From: Podarcis liolepis
Lineage: Eukaryota
Direction: 5' to 3' (one strand)
NCBI GenBank assembly: GCA_965112155.1
Contig: OZ218105.1
DNA length: 64,000 nt
Below are positions 50,470 through 62,264 of this stretch, in pieces. How positions within the stretch are numbered: the first letter of the stretch is position 1; each line of letters opens with the position of its first letter. Made by a program: the position numbers and the translations under genes. The notes below the pieces were generated by a model. The model was given only the letters and a program-made list of their open reading frames with translations. It did not search any database and had not been told where the DNA came from.

Positions 50470-51406
50470 TACATAAATCCAGCACTGGGTCAAGGCGGTG
50501 GCCGCCCCTCTGCCACCACCATCGCTGCAGCATCAACGTCCCAAACGTGTACTGTAGTATTTATTTATTTAGCCACACGCCCGCCCCCCGGCCGACCAGA
50601 TTGGTCAATCCAGGGAGTGACGCAGCTGGGGACTCCCTAATGGCACTGGGATTAGCTGTGGCCCTCCCCCCCCCCACCGTGCAGAGGGGCGAGCTTGTGA
50701 CAAGCCCGTAAAAAGGAATTGGCTTTGGTGGGCAGGCGCTCAGGGGTCACAAGAGATAGCTTTTTCAAAATTGCCTGGGGGGCCGTTTGAAACCAGCCCG
50801 GGAGCCGCAAGAGCATCAGTCTTCCGATGGTGGACTGGAACCCACAAGTGGTGCATAAATGGAGTTACTGTGAGGTGTACCAGCAGCACTAGCACTGTGC
50901 AAACAGAAGGCTGAAAAAGGAGGAAGTGGGACCGCCAAATACATGTTTGAGCTAAAAACAGGTTCCAGGTTATACAAGCTGACATCTTATTCTTATCACA
51001 GAACTTCAGTTTAACAATAAGTCCCTCTTCTCAGGGAACTTTCATTGTAGCTTTCAGTAGACAGGTAATTTTCTATTATGAATGGGGTGCATGTTTAAGA
51101 TCCAGCCTAAGAAGATGAAATTCAGCAGCTTAATCATTCATGATTAGGGTCCCTCTGAGCATGTACGTAGCACATTCTGTTTTAACCACCAACCCAAGCC
51201 ACACATGTCTGGGGTTACTATGTAAGACTTCAGGGGTCAGAAGACAAAGGCTAACCATGTGTCTTACTTTGAAGAAGGAGGTCCTCTGTTTGAAGGTATC
51301 CTTTCTCTGAGGGCCTGTCTGTCCAAGTCTAGTTGAAAGATAAAGAATGAAAGGAGAACGGGGGCCTTGAAGCAGCCTATCTACTGTTACCACCTTGGCA
51401 CATGAG

Positions 51407-51715
51407 CAGGGCTAAGCAAAATAAGCACATGATTAGGGCATCAAGGGAAAGGGGGCACCACTCAATTTTTCCTTTGCTGGATTTACCACAGACCATATGG
51501 TGCAGCTGAACCAGGTGCCACAAAAATGAAAAATAAAATAAAATACATACATATATTGCATACATTATATTCCATCTTATTGTAAGTTTTGTAAAAATTT
51601 CAATAAATAAAATTTTATTTTATGGTTTATTATTGTTTATATTTTAAAAGATATAAATGGGGGCACCAAAATATTCAAAGTGTTTAGGGCTTCTGGAGGT
51701 CTTAATCTGGCCCTG
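51407..51715. mobile_element. hAT-type MITE
   Basis: Termini CAGGGC / GCCCTG. TSD CACATGAG / CACCTGAG (7/8). Confidence 0.7.
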
Positions 51716-53482
51716 CACCTGAGCAGGCAGTGGTGACAGTTCTCCCTGCTTTGGTGAGGTGAATTGTATTTCTATTTAAATTATTATAGTTATTTTAAAA
51801 CCTGAATCTTTATGTATAAATTAGAATATGCAAATTTTATGCAAATATATACTTTTCTCTCCTCTTTTTTTGTAAGTGGCAACACTGCAAAATTCTGAGA
51901 GGCCTGATATCTAGCTCCACTTTCAAATTAAGCTCTCAGCACCAGGACTGCAATGAATGTGTGTGTGTCTCTGTGTGTGTAGTTTTTGCTTGCTGTAGCA
52001 GCATTTCTGTTCCTATTTTGCTTCCTTCACGTCTCATAGTAATATTATATTTTCATCAGCACTCTACAAGCGTTAGTCGCCTTTCAGTATGCACACATAA
52101 CTCCCCAAAATGTTGGCGTTATGAACATGTATTGAATAAAATAGCCCAGGGTGCATTAATCCTATCATGAATCCCAGATCTGACTCTGTGAAGGAAAGAA
52201 TTACAGTATTTCAAAATGCCAGTTGCAACAATGCAATATAAGTTCACAGGCACATGCTTGCTAATAATGAATGGAAAGGTGCAAATATAATATTGGAGCA
52301 GCTTCCTGCAGAGAGAGATCATATATAATCATATATTGTCAACTCGCTTGATTGCATCCAGGATCGAAACCAACAAAGACAAAAGCTGAACAATGTTTTG
52401 TGTGCCTTCCTGAATTAAAATCCTGTGTGAGAGGAAGGATTTAATTGGTGATTACAGTGGAGAAATTAAGACAACTATTGTGCTTCAATTTGCATGATAA
52501 ACAAATACCTTTGCCAATAGCTTCCAAAAAGGTAATCACATATTGAAAAAGACTTGCTTCTTAGCCTACATTAACATAAAAAGAAGCATTTAATAGTCTC
52601 ATTAAAATCTCCTGCTACACTTTTACTTCTTGGACGCGGGTTTTTCTTTTTCTGTGCAGTCATAAACCCAAGTTGCTAATTATTCTGGTGTTGTTGTTGT
52701 TGTTTTAAAAAATCCACATTCCAGAGTCAATCATTAGTCAATGTATCAGCATCTTAGTCCATTGGCCAGTCTTTCTAATAGAAAAAAACCTCAATTGATT
52801 AGGTGCTAGGTCCCCCCACCCCATTTTAAATAGTTATTCTATTATAAATGGAGCCTAGACAAGTAAACATAATATTTGGTAATAGACTTCATAGCAACTG
52901 TCAAAATGACTTAGTGTTTTCCCAGTCTTGCATTCCTTCAAAATTAATAATACCTTGGTGCACTTTATAATACTATTAACGTTATAAAAGTTCTCTCTGT
53001 TTAATGACTGGATGTTTCATTATGTTTTATCATTCCAGTGACAGACTAAAAAAAAAATTCTAATCTATTTCTCTTTTGCCTCTTGATTGAAGGATTGTAA
53101 ATATGCAATTAGCAGCTGGAGTAGAAGTAAAAGAAGTAAATGTCAATTGCCAAATAGTTATCCAGGAAAGAATGTCCCTGAATATTGCTTCAAGCTAGGG
53201 CAGAAAGACAAAAGCATCTTCCACAGAGTAGGAAGGCTGTAGAGTCATATACCATACGCAGGGTGATGCACCTTTGTGTGTTCAGACCCAGAGACCTCCC
53301 CCCTAAATAAAGACACATTTGACTCAAATTTTAGCTTTGGTTTTTGGCAGAATTTAGGCCACAACTTTATTGATTACAGAAAAGTGAGTGGTTGCATAGG
53401 CTTTGGTTCGACTAGCTCCCTGCACCCTTACAGGTAGCGCTGACCCAGAGCTCTATCATAGGTGAGCCAAGGGTGAACACCT

Positions 53483-54134
53483 TGTTAGTTTCTGTTCTTA
53501 TCATTGAGCAGCTGCTTGGAGTCACAGGACTCTGTTTACATTCCTGAGATTCCATACTATTGGAGCCTCACGGGAAAGGAGATAGGATGTGACGTTAGTG
53601 GTTTCCTGTTTCCTTTGTTCCTTTGTTCAGTTGCTCTCTGCTTCCATAGAGAGAGGATGTGTTTTTCTTTGCTGACTGCGTAGCTTAGAAATAAAGCATA
53701 AGGGTAAAGGGGACCCCTGACCATTAGGTCCAGTCGTGACCGACTCTGGGGTTGCAGCGCTCATCTTGCTTTATTGGCCAAGGGAGCTGGCGTACAGCTT
53801 CCGGGTGATGTGGCCAGCATGACTAAGCCACTTCTGGCGAGCCAGAGCAGCACACGGAAACGCCGTTTACCTTCCCGCTGGAGTAGTACCTATTTATCTA
53901 CTTGCACTTTGACGTGCTTTCAAACTGCTAGGTTGGCAGGAGCAGGGACCGAGCAACAGGAACTCACCCCGTCACGGGGATTCGAACCGCCGACCTTTTG
54001 ATCGGCAAGTCCTAGGCTCTGTGGTTTAACCCACAGTGCCACATGTAGCCAAACCTCTGGTCTCTTCCCTGTGTTGGGAACTCTGCTGGATAGAATGTGC
54101 CTGAGGCATTATCAAAGGCTCAGGTCATTAAACA
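53483..54134 (+). mobile_element. Second solo LTR (family B) nested in family A
   Basis: Begins TGTTAG, has AATAAA at ~53689 and ends ...CATTAAA(CA). Candidate TSD CACCT / CACGT. Confidence 0.55.
53700..54042 (-). mobile_element. Sauria SINE (Squam1/POM-type), near full length
   Basis: Minus-strand head GTGGCACTGTGGGTTAAACCACAGAGCC...GGTTCGAATCCCCG; tail ...GGGGTCCCCTTTACC. Confidence 0.93.
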
Positions 54135-57100
54135 CGTCAGAGGCAATTCTGAAGGCTCGGCTTGGAGGAAGATGAGGCTTTATCGGCTTGGCCGAGCAGA
54201 GATTCCGACACACCTGAGGTAGGTGGAAAGCCTGGGAATGGACTATGTCCACTCTCCAGATGCTCCCCTGGACTCAGGCACAGGCACAACCCCCTCTTGG
54301 GGGTTGACCAAACCAAGTTGAGTCCCTGGATTCCTCTAACGGAATACCCTTCACATAGGGATGGCGAGACCATTCTCTCATCCCTATCACCTGAACCAAT
54401 GCCTATCCGCAACCTTACAAGTTGTGACGATTTGCTACACGGCAGGCGAAACCCAAATGGCAACAGCCAATCAGCCAAGTGGGGAAAATTCCTGCTGTGC
54501 CCCTGTCCCAACGACAGGCGACACATGATGGCATAGCAAGGTCAGTCGCAAAATGCCCTAAATATAGGGAGAAATGGGCGGGTGTTCTGATGCACGAGCT
54601 AAAAGAGGAAGCTCTGGGTCACATGCTTAGGTATATATAGGTCCCTCGGTTCGTTTAGACTGCACCCCATTGGCCAGATTAAACCCAGCAACGAGGGACC
54701 TACCAATTGGGTGTTGTGGCTGTCCCACATACCCACCCACAACCAGGAGGTCAGTCTCCAGGTCTCACCACAACACATGCCCTCTTTTAGGGAGGACATG
54801 ATTTCTCAGTTTGAAGGCTGCGTTCTCAGATGGTCAACATATGGCAGGGGTGAGCAAAGTCCAGGGGTGCCGTCTCATGGGCGCTGAGCTATGTTGTCCC
54901 CGCAACATTTGGGGTAGAGGCCCAATGTTCCAGTCAGGGGGTGGAGGAGACCGAACGTGGAGCTGAGCTCAGTGTGGCTTCTGTGGCCAGTTGCTGCTGC
55001 TGCTGTGGAAGGAGTCTCTGGCTGCTGTCGTGCTTGTGATGTGATGTGCGCACATCATGTGGCATATGTGTGATGTCATGTGTGCATGCACAGCCACCGC
55101 CTCCGCAATCTGTGATGCAAGCTGGTATCTCTGGCAGAGGCACAGGCAAAGGTGGAGCAATTAATATATATTTCACACCAGCCTAGTTTCTGCACACACT
55201 TTTGCACCCCTCTCTATTCCCCATCCAGGCAACCAAGAGGCATTATATCAGTTTTCGAGGGTGCATTACAGCCAGGCAAAACCATCCATAGTGTGAAGCA
55301 GGGCTAGTGAGAGAGGTGGCCTGGAAAGAGGGAGTCTCTCCTGAGGGGAATTTCAGGGACCTGACGTTCTCCACCCAAGCAATATGCTTTTCCATCACAA
55401 ATCAGGAGCAGCACTATCCGCTAATGCTCAGGGTATGTGGGGTGTGTGCATGTCCCCCCAAGTGTGCCCCCCAGTGCAATACCACAGTCCTCACCTTTGC
55501 CTGGGTGAAGAGTGGGCACCCTGCCCCTCCCCAGTGCATCAGTTGGTGGGCACCCGGTTTGTGCCACCCCCCAGATTCTACACCCAGGTCCATGCCCCCC
55601 CAGACCCCCCACCCTATGCCACTGCCACATATGACTAGTGAAGTCTTTCTGAAGCCAAGAGTTCCATACAAAACGCCCATCAGTGTGTCAGGACTTCTTG
55701 GATTATCTGAAATAAAGTCAAGCTACTCAACATTTCATATTCAATGTGCATTCAATTTGCATTTTTTCACACAACATTTATATCATTCATATCTTAAATT
55801 GCAAGTTACTTAAAGGAAATCCCTCCCTAACATTATCCTTTGAAGCTTAACTTTTTTATTACAAATTACAGATCATGCCAAGATCTTCTGTAGATGAAAT
55901 AAATAGTTTATTTATGTGCCATTTTAGCAGTGCCCTGAGCATTAATTCTGCAATTCCACATAGGTGCAGAATGTTCTAATTACAGAATCCAGCTTCTGAA
56001 AAATCTCAGCTCTCTTAAACAAAAGGGACGCATTTCTTACCCATCTCACTGTGAAGATGGGCTTGAAGATGTGTAGTCACATTTCAGGAGCTCAAAGAGT
56101 TGTTAAATAAGCTTTCCCACTTTTGCTTCCCTTCAGTTCCATGTAGAGTTGCTTCTTTTCACCATTCCTAATGGAAGCAAAATAAGTGATGCAAAGCATT
56201 TAAAAATAGCAGAGGGCACAGAATACAAGAGACAAATGGCATAAGATGCCAAAAGACAGATGGCATGACAATGATATGCGAAGCTATTAGAAATCATACA
56301 TAGAAGTAATGAAGTCATTGCATTCCTTTCAACATTTTGAAGTTGAGTTGCAGATTGGTGAGGTCCATTATGTACAGACAGATTGTGAAAACACTGCAGA
56401 CACATCAAAGAAGTTCATTTTGGGAAGAGACCCCAAACTAACAATCAGCCACTTAATTATAGATCACTGTTAAAACTAGAGAAGAACTGTAGTTCATTTG
56501 ATTTATTTCATATGATATTATATCCTATCATACTATCAGTTCTAAGATGTGAAACTATATTATATTACTCTATAGTAGTCCCCCTCTGGAGTTTGAGGAG
56601 CTTAAGATTTAAAAAAATATCATTTGGCTTCACTATCAATTCAGAAACATTCCTGGTTTTACAAACAAAAATTACTTAGGACTTTTTCTTTTTTAAAAGA
56701 TGTGTAGTCTACCTGCTGTTGCTGTTGTTTTTAAAATAAATTGGCACTTGTCTAATGCCTGCATCTGTTTTCCTTTCACTATATGTGGTTCAGAATTAGA
56801 GTCAATATTTGTAGTCTTTCCTTGTACTGTTTTGCACCTCAAAATCATACATCTCATACTGGGGCAATGCTACATCTGACTGGGCCAACCTTTCCCAGCC
56901 TCACTGCCCCCATCACTATTGTGATCACCTAGCTGCTCACCTGTCCATGCTGATGACCAGCTAGGAATGAAGTAGGTGGTGATTGGAGCGTGCATGGCCA
57001 AGCTCCTTGGCCCGCTGTCTTAATTATGACAAGTCTGAATGTGTATACAGGGGAGGTGGCCCGGCAGTGCTGACAGGAATTCTGAAGAGCATGTCTGAAA

Positions 57101-57332
57101 TCTCCATCCCAGCTGTATTACTTATGGCAACTTCCTGCTTCCTGTCAACTTCTTCCTTTCTCTACCCACTTTTTGAGAACTAGAGTCTCTGAAAGGTCCA
57201 ACTCTCTGGCTTGGAAATGGTCGCTTCTCATGCACTGTTGGACTGGTGAGAGGAAGGCACTCAGTACTGCAGGCCCAGGGAAAGGCATCTGTGAGAGTAC
57301 TGGCTCCACTTCTCTGCACCCTGTGGTGTAGA

Positions 57333-57520
57333 GGGAAGGGCAGTAGCTTGGTGACAGAACATCTGTTTTGCATGCAGCATGTCCCAGGTTCAAACCCCAG
57401 CATCTCCAGGTTGGGTTGTAAAAGAACCCTTGCTTGAAACCCTACAGAGCCACTCTCTGTCCTGTAGATAATGCTGGGGTGGATGGATCAAATGATCTCA
57501 TTATAAAGCAGATTCCTTCG
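57333..57520 (+). mobile_element. tRNA-Ala-like SINE (possibly Squam2-type)
   Basis: GGGAAGGGCAGTAGCTTGGTG...TTTGCATGCAG...GGTTCAAACCCC; same family as 31020-31639. Confidence 0.78.
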
Positions 57521-58094
57521 TTAGAAGTAGGTTCACTGGGCTGCCTGCTACCCTCAGATTCAGTTGTTCCTGATCACTTGGAGGGGGTTTATTTCTCAGG
57601 CACATAATTTCAGCATTTTATAGGACATCAGCTTTACCATGAGTGGTGCAAAATTCTGATTTCCTCCAAGCATAAGTGCTCCTGTCAACCTCTGGAGGTT
57701 CTCTAGTAAGTGCTTCTATACTCTGCTTGCTAGCAATGAATAATACTGCATCCCACAGGTTGACTTAACCATTATGTCCCGTATGGCTTGGATTTAGTTG
57801 GAATATGTTATTTGATAATCTATGATTCCACTCCATTGTAAATTAAATTTAAATGAAATACAGCTGCTCTGCATCTACATTAAATATAATTCAGCCACAT
57901 CTGCCAGGGACTGTCAACATGTTAGTAGGTAGCAGCTGTGAAATATACATTTGTTTTTTGTTTTGTCCCCAATTGTTAGATATTCTTGGAGCTTATCTAA
58001 ATTTTTGGGTGATAGGGAACATGGCTGTTTAAAGAGGGAAATGTGTGTGCATGGACACAGATGTGTGGTTAGGGAAAATTCAGTGTGAAGCACT

Positions 58095-58252
58095 GAAAGT
58101 ATGAAAATGAATTATAACTCTGTGAGGGGAACAGGGATCTCTTAGCAGTTCTGTGAATCCTAAACAAACTACACTATTCAAGATTCTTGAAGGCGAGCCA
58201 TGACTATTTAAAGCAGTATGCTGCTACTTTAAATGTATGCTGCAGATGGGGT
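58095..58252. mobile_element. One arm of a non-autonomous DNA transposon (Harbinger-like terminus)
   Basis: CCATGACTATTTAAAG...CTTTAAATGTATGCTGCAGATGGGG matches my recollection of a common lacertid repeat terminus; not verified. Confidence 0.4.
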
Positions 58253-59079
58253 CTAATTCAGACTCAGAACAGACCCATTGAAATCAATGGACTTGAGTAA
58301 CCTAAGCCCATGCATTCCAATGGCTGTATTCTTAGTCAGATAAAACACCCCCTATTTTTTCAAAGCTATCATATTTCCATCCCTGAACACTTGTAGTAGA
58401 CACTACTAACAATGTTTTGTTCTATACAGGTTTCAAAATTGGTAGGCCAAATTCAGCAGGTAAAATCCTTTTTTGAGCCAGACGGATGAAACCAGTTTTA
58501 TAAACGACAAGCAGTTATTCAAGAAGTGATTGCTTCTATTCAGTTTTGCTGTGAAAGAGTACATAAGGAAGGTCATATATTTTCTAAGGCTGACGAGAAA
58601 AGTGATAAACTTACTTTATGTTACCTTTGTAGGCAAGTCAGTAATTATACAGTCACCAGTGGAAGTGGATGTACACAAAATTATTAGATGATGGGACTGA
58701 ATGTGCACACAATCACATATTACTATTTCCCCTATGTCACATTCCACTCAGAGATGCCCTAGGAATAGGATAAACTTGGAGGAGGAGGAGGACATCCACA
58801 TTCTACAATTTCAAGAAGCGGCACCTAAGGGCAAGACATGCCACTGGCGAAACCATTTAGCACAGAAGCTGCCGACACCTGCCCTGTGCTATGGATTGCA
58901 GCCTTCTCTTCCTGAGACAGATTTAGGCTATCTCCTGTGCATTCCCCCAGCCCTGAAAAATAAGTTCCCATCAATGTGCTCTAAATACCCCCAATAGCAT
59001 GACATTTAGACACCACACCAGCAAAATTTTAAGTGAGGAGCTGAGTGGGATGGGAAAACAATGTGGCAAACCTTAGAGT

Positions 59080-59213
59080 AGGGGTAGTCAAGGTAGTACC
59101 GTTTAGATGCTGTGGATCACAACTCCTGTCATCCCTGACTATTGGCCATAATGGCTGAGGCTGATGGCAGTTGTAGCCCAAAGCATCTTGGCAAAATTGG
59201 CCACCCATGCCTT
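59080..59213. mobile_element. Palindromic hAT MITE, old copy
   Basis: ACAACTCCTGTCATCCCTGACTATTGGCCA...GCTGATGGCAGTTGT core; termini AGGGGTAGTCAA / TTGGCCACCCATGC. Confidence 0.65.
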
Positions 59214-59316
59214 AGAGTGACTTCCTTTATGAAGAGCACTGAGGTACTCAAGGCACCAGGAGGGATTTGATAATATGGCTAAGAATCCAGTATGTGGATG
59301 TGAAAGTGTTTTCTTA

Positions 59317-59365
59317 AAAACAAACAAACAAACAAACAAACAAACAAACAAACAAACAAACAAAA
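59317..59365. repeat. (AAAC)n microsatellite
   Basis: Read directly from the sequence. Confidence 0.95.
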
Positions 59366-60309
59366 CCCATGGTGCCAGCAATTTCTGCAACTCCAGCTTC
59401 CTTCTGTTGTTTGGTCTTGAGCTCTCTCAATTTTCCTTCATGTGCAAAATCAGCAATGGCCCAAAATATACACATGCTCAGTTATGGCAGATTGCATATA
59501 AATATGCAAGAGGTGAAATGGCAAAGCTTTGGACTTCTTGGTATCACACAAGTGCAGCTGAGTGTTAACTGCTTAGATGTAGTAATGCAAAAGCAATGCA
59601 GATGTGATGGCGATTCAGAACGCTCCCATTTACTGGAATCCCACAAAGTAATGATGGTAGTATTGCTTGTTTCCCCGAAACACTTTGCTACCTTCATACT
59701 GTGAAATTGGTTCATTTTCTGTTGGAAACATGATGGCACTTCAGGCTGCAGTTTAATCTGCCCAGATAAAGCTTCACTCACACTGAAAGTATAGCAGTAG
59801 GGGAGTGCTAGTAACACACAGTCTCTGGAAGCTGGTGCTGGATATATAATTATTTACGATGAGTAAGCAATTTCCTTCAGGTCAGACAGGCATAACACTT
59901 CTTATGTTGCCAAAGATGAGCACAGTGATCTCTGTCATTAGGATGATAGGGCATTGCCCCTCTTCTTTAACTGAATTAATGGAATTATTTTAAGGAGGCG
60001 GGGAATGAAGTTAATATAACCCATTTTCATATATTTCTGTGAAGCTTTCAAAGGTGTGAAAAGAAGTGTTAGGATATAGGAAATTGAGGATATTTGCTGG
60101 TTGACTTAAATAAAGCATACTTAAATATAATGATTACTTTGAAAAAAGTATAAAGGTTTCTTCAAATGCCTGGGAATGCTTGACCAACTAGTTTAGGCTT
60201 AGTGTGATAGTCCTTGACCATTATTCACACATAAGGAATGGCAAATGGTTCACCTTGGGGGAATCCTGGAACTTAGCCAGTTAGCTTAATGTTTGTCCCA
60301 GTCCAACTG

Positions 60310-60790
60310 TAGGAAAGTATTGTTAAAGGTAAAATGAGCAAGCGTACAGAAGGCAAGCCTTGCTGACACAGAGCCAACATTGTTTCTGCAAGTCCTTTCT
60401 CAAGAACCTATTAGAGTTCTTTGAGGGTGTCAACAGGCATATAGACAGAAGTGATCTGGTGGATATTGTACTTGGTCTTTCAAAAAGCTTTCAACAAGGT
60501 TCCACACCAAAGACTCCTGGGTAAGCTTATCTGTCATGGAGCTTACCTGGATGGAGAAATGGTCAAAGCAGAGACCCCTGAGGATTGGTATTGGGACCTC
60601 TGTTTTTTTAACTTATTCATCAATGAACTCAAGTTAGGGGTGAGCAATGAGTTGACCATGCTGACTAATGATACTAAATTGTTGAGAGTTGTGAAAAGCT
60701 CCAAAAAGACCTTTGCAAACTATGGGACTGGGCAGTATAATGGCAAATGCAATTCAGTGCAAACAAGTGTAAAGTGATGCATGCCAAGGC
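60310..60790 (+). mobile_element. CR1 LINE reverse-transcriptase fragment with internal deletions
   Basis: NLLEFFEGVNRHIDR...FQKAFNKVPHQRLLGKL...FNLFINELKLGVSNELTMLTNDTKL are CR1 RT motifs with a degraded FADDTKL. Confidence 0.88.
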
Positions 60791-62187
60791 AAAAATAAAA
60801 TAAAATAAGCAAATCCCAATTTTAGATACATGTTTACGAGAGCTGGAACCCAACAACATTTGGAGGGCTATAGGAATTATACTTCTTTATGCTCAGTTCT
60901 TCTAAAGTACTCAAAAAGAGTCAGCATAAGCATTAATTTATCACCAGCAAGAAAAGCAGAACTCAAGGAACTGGTTGATGCTTCTTCAAGCTAGTGGAGG
61001 AATTGAACATATGTGCTCTATAAAGAAGAAGGAAAGCTCCACTACTCTATGAAAAGAGAGAGGCTCACAAAGTACTGATGTTTCAGGTAGAACAAATATA
61101 GTGGATTAATAGTAAATGGGACATTAGTATTTCATTTTGCCATGGGAAATCCTATGTAAACTTCCCATTAAAAGGAAAGTATGCTAAAAGGAGGACGAAG
61201 AAACAAAACTACATCTAATGTACTTATTGTTGTAAACATACATGCATTATGTTCAAACACTCTGTATAACTTACTTACTGCCACAGGCCAATTAGATCAT
61301 CTCCAATTGCATGTGGAAAGAGCTCGAGCTAATCTAATTGCCCCAAGAATGGTCCATTTATTTCTGGTTTTCTGGTGTCTCTATAATGTTAGAAAATGAT
61401 CACTAAATATGCCCTCCAGCATAAAGATTCCTTGCTCTCAAAAAGGCAAATTCAGAGCAGAGGGCCAAGGATTTTTCTGCAAATAGTCAGCTCTCGCTTT
61501 AAGTTCTCAGTCATCAACAGCTTAACATTCTGCAGACCTCTGCTAGTAAAGAGGGTGATGTTCACTCTAGGCAAAGCATAGTTCTAACATTCCATACAGT
61601 GAAGTATATTAATTACAGTGTTTACGATGATGTATTAAAATATTAGGACAGTTCATAATTTATTCATCTCTTTCAAACTTTTGGTGCGTAGCAATTATAT
61701 TCCCAAAAGGCTTCCATCAGGCATTAGAAGTATTATTTCAAGCATTAACAGCACAATCCTATTTGAATTAACTGAGAAGTAAACCCCACTGTGCCAATGT
61801 GGCTTACTCCCTGGTAAGTGTGTTTAGAATTAAGAGTCCTGAGTTTTTGCCACTGATGGCCAGATCCTATTTTCTGCTTTGGATGACCAAGGCCATTAAA
61901 GTTCCAAACCAGGCCTGAAGCCAGATTTAAATGGGTCCAGATATTCCATTTTCTGCAGGTACAGTTGATGCTAATGAACCAGACACATGAGATGCCATGA
62001 CACAAATGGAAAGGAGGGCAGAGGAAAGAAAGCAAATTCAGGCACTATTTCTTACATACTTACACAGTAGTTCTTTGACTTACAAGCTGGAATTAAAGTT
62101 CAGGGCGAAGTGGAGCCAAACGGTGCTGGTATTTCAGCAGAGCTGAAAGAGCAGCCCTGTAGCAATAAAACTTCTAGCACATTTGCA

Positions 62188-62264
62188 AAGCTAAGCAGGG
62201 TCTGGTATGGTTTCAGATTGGATGAGGAACCGGTCCCTCCCAACTCTTTGATTTTATGATTCTA
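62188..62264 (+). mobile_element. 5S rRNA-derived segment joined to a CR1-type tail (SINE3-like fragment)
   Basis: AAGCTAAGCAGGGTCTGGTATGGTTTCAGATTGGATGAGGAACC matches vertebrate 5S rRNA (recalled sequence) at 33/44 by eye. It is followed by GGTCCCTCCCAACTCTTTGATTTTATGATTCTA. Confidence 0.65.

Larger units (their letters stand above)
53279..54775 (-). mobile_element. Solo LTR (family A) interrupted by a second LTR and a SINE
   Basis: TGT...CACCACAACA termini. Minus-strand TATA (~54632) and AATAAA (~53366). Homologous to 30379-30850. Confidence 0.72.

Noticed and set aside
55307-55813. Longest ORF in the track (168 aa)
   Set aside because: Non-ATG start, Pro/Cys-rich low-complexity translation of C-rich repeat-like DNA, and no recognisable domain.
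58430-58459. 30-nt micro-exon candidate
   Set aside because: Weak donor (GTAAAA) and no recognisable peptide or partner exons.
62188-62231. 5S rRNA gene
   Set aside because: Only a diverged 44-nt internal part is present.
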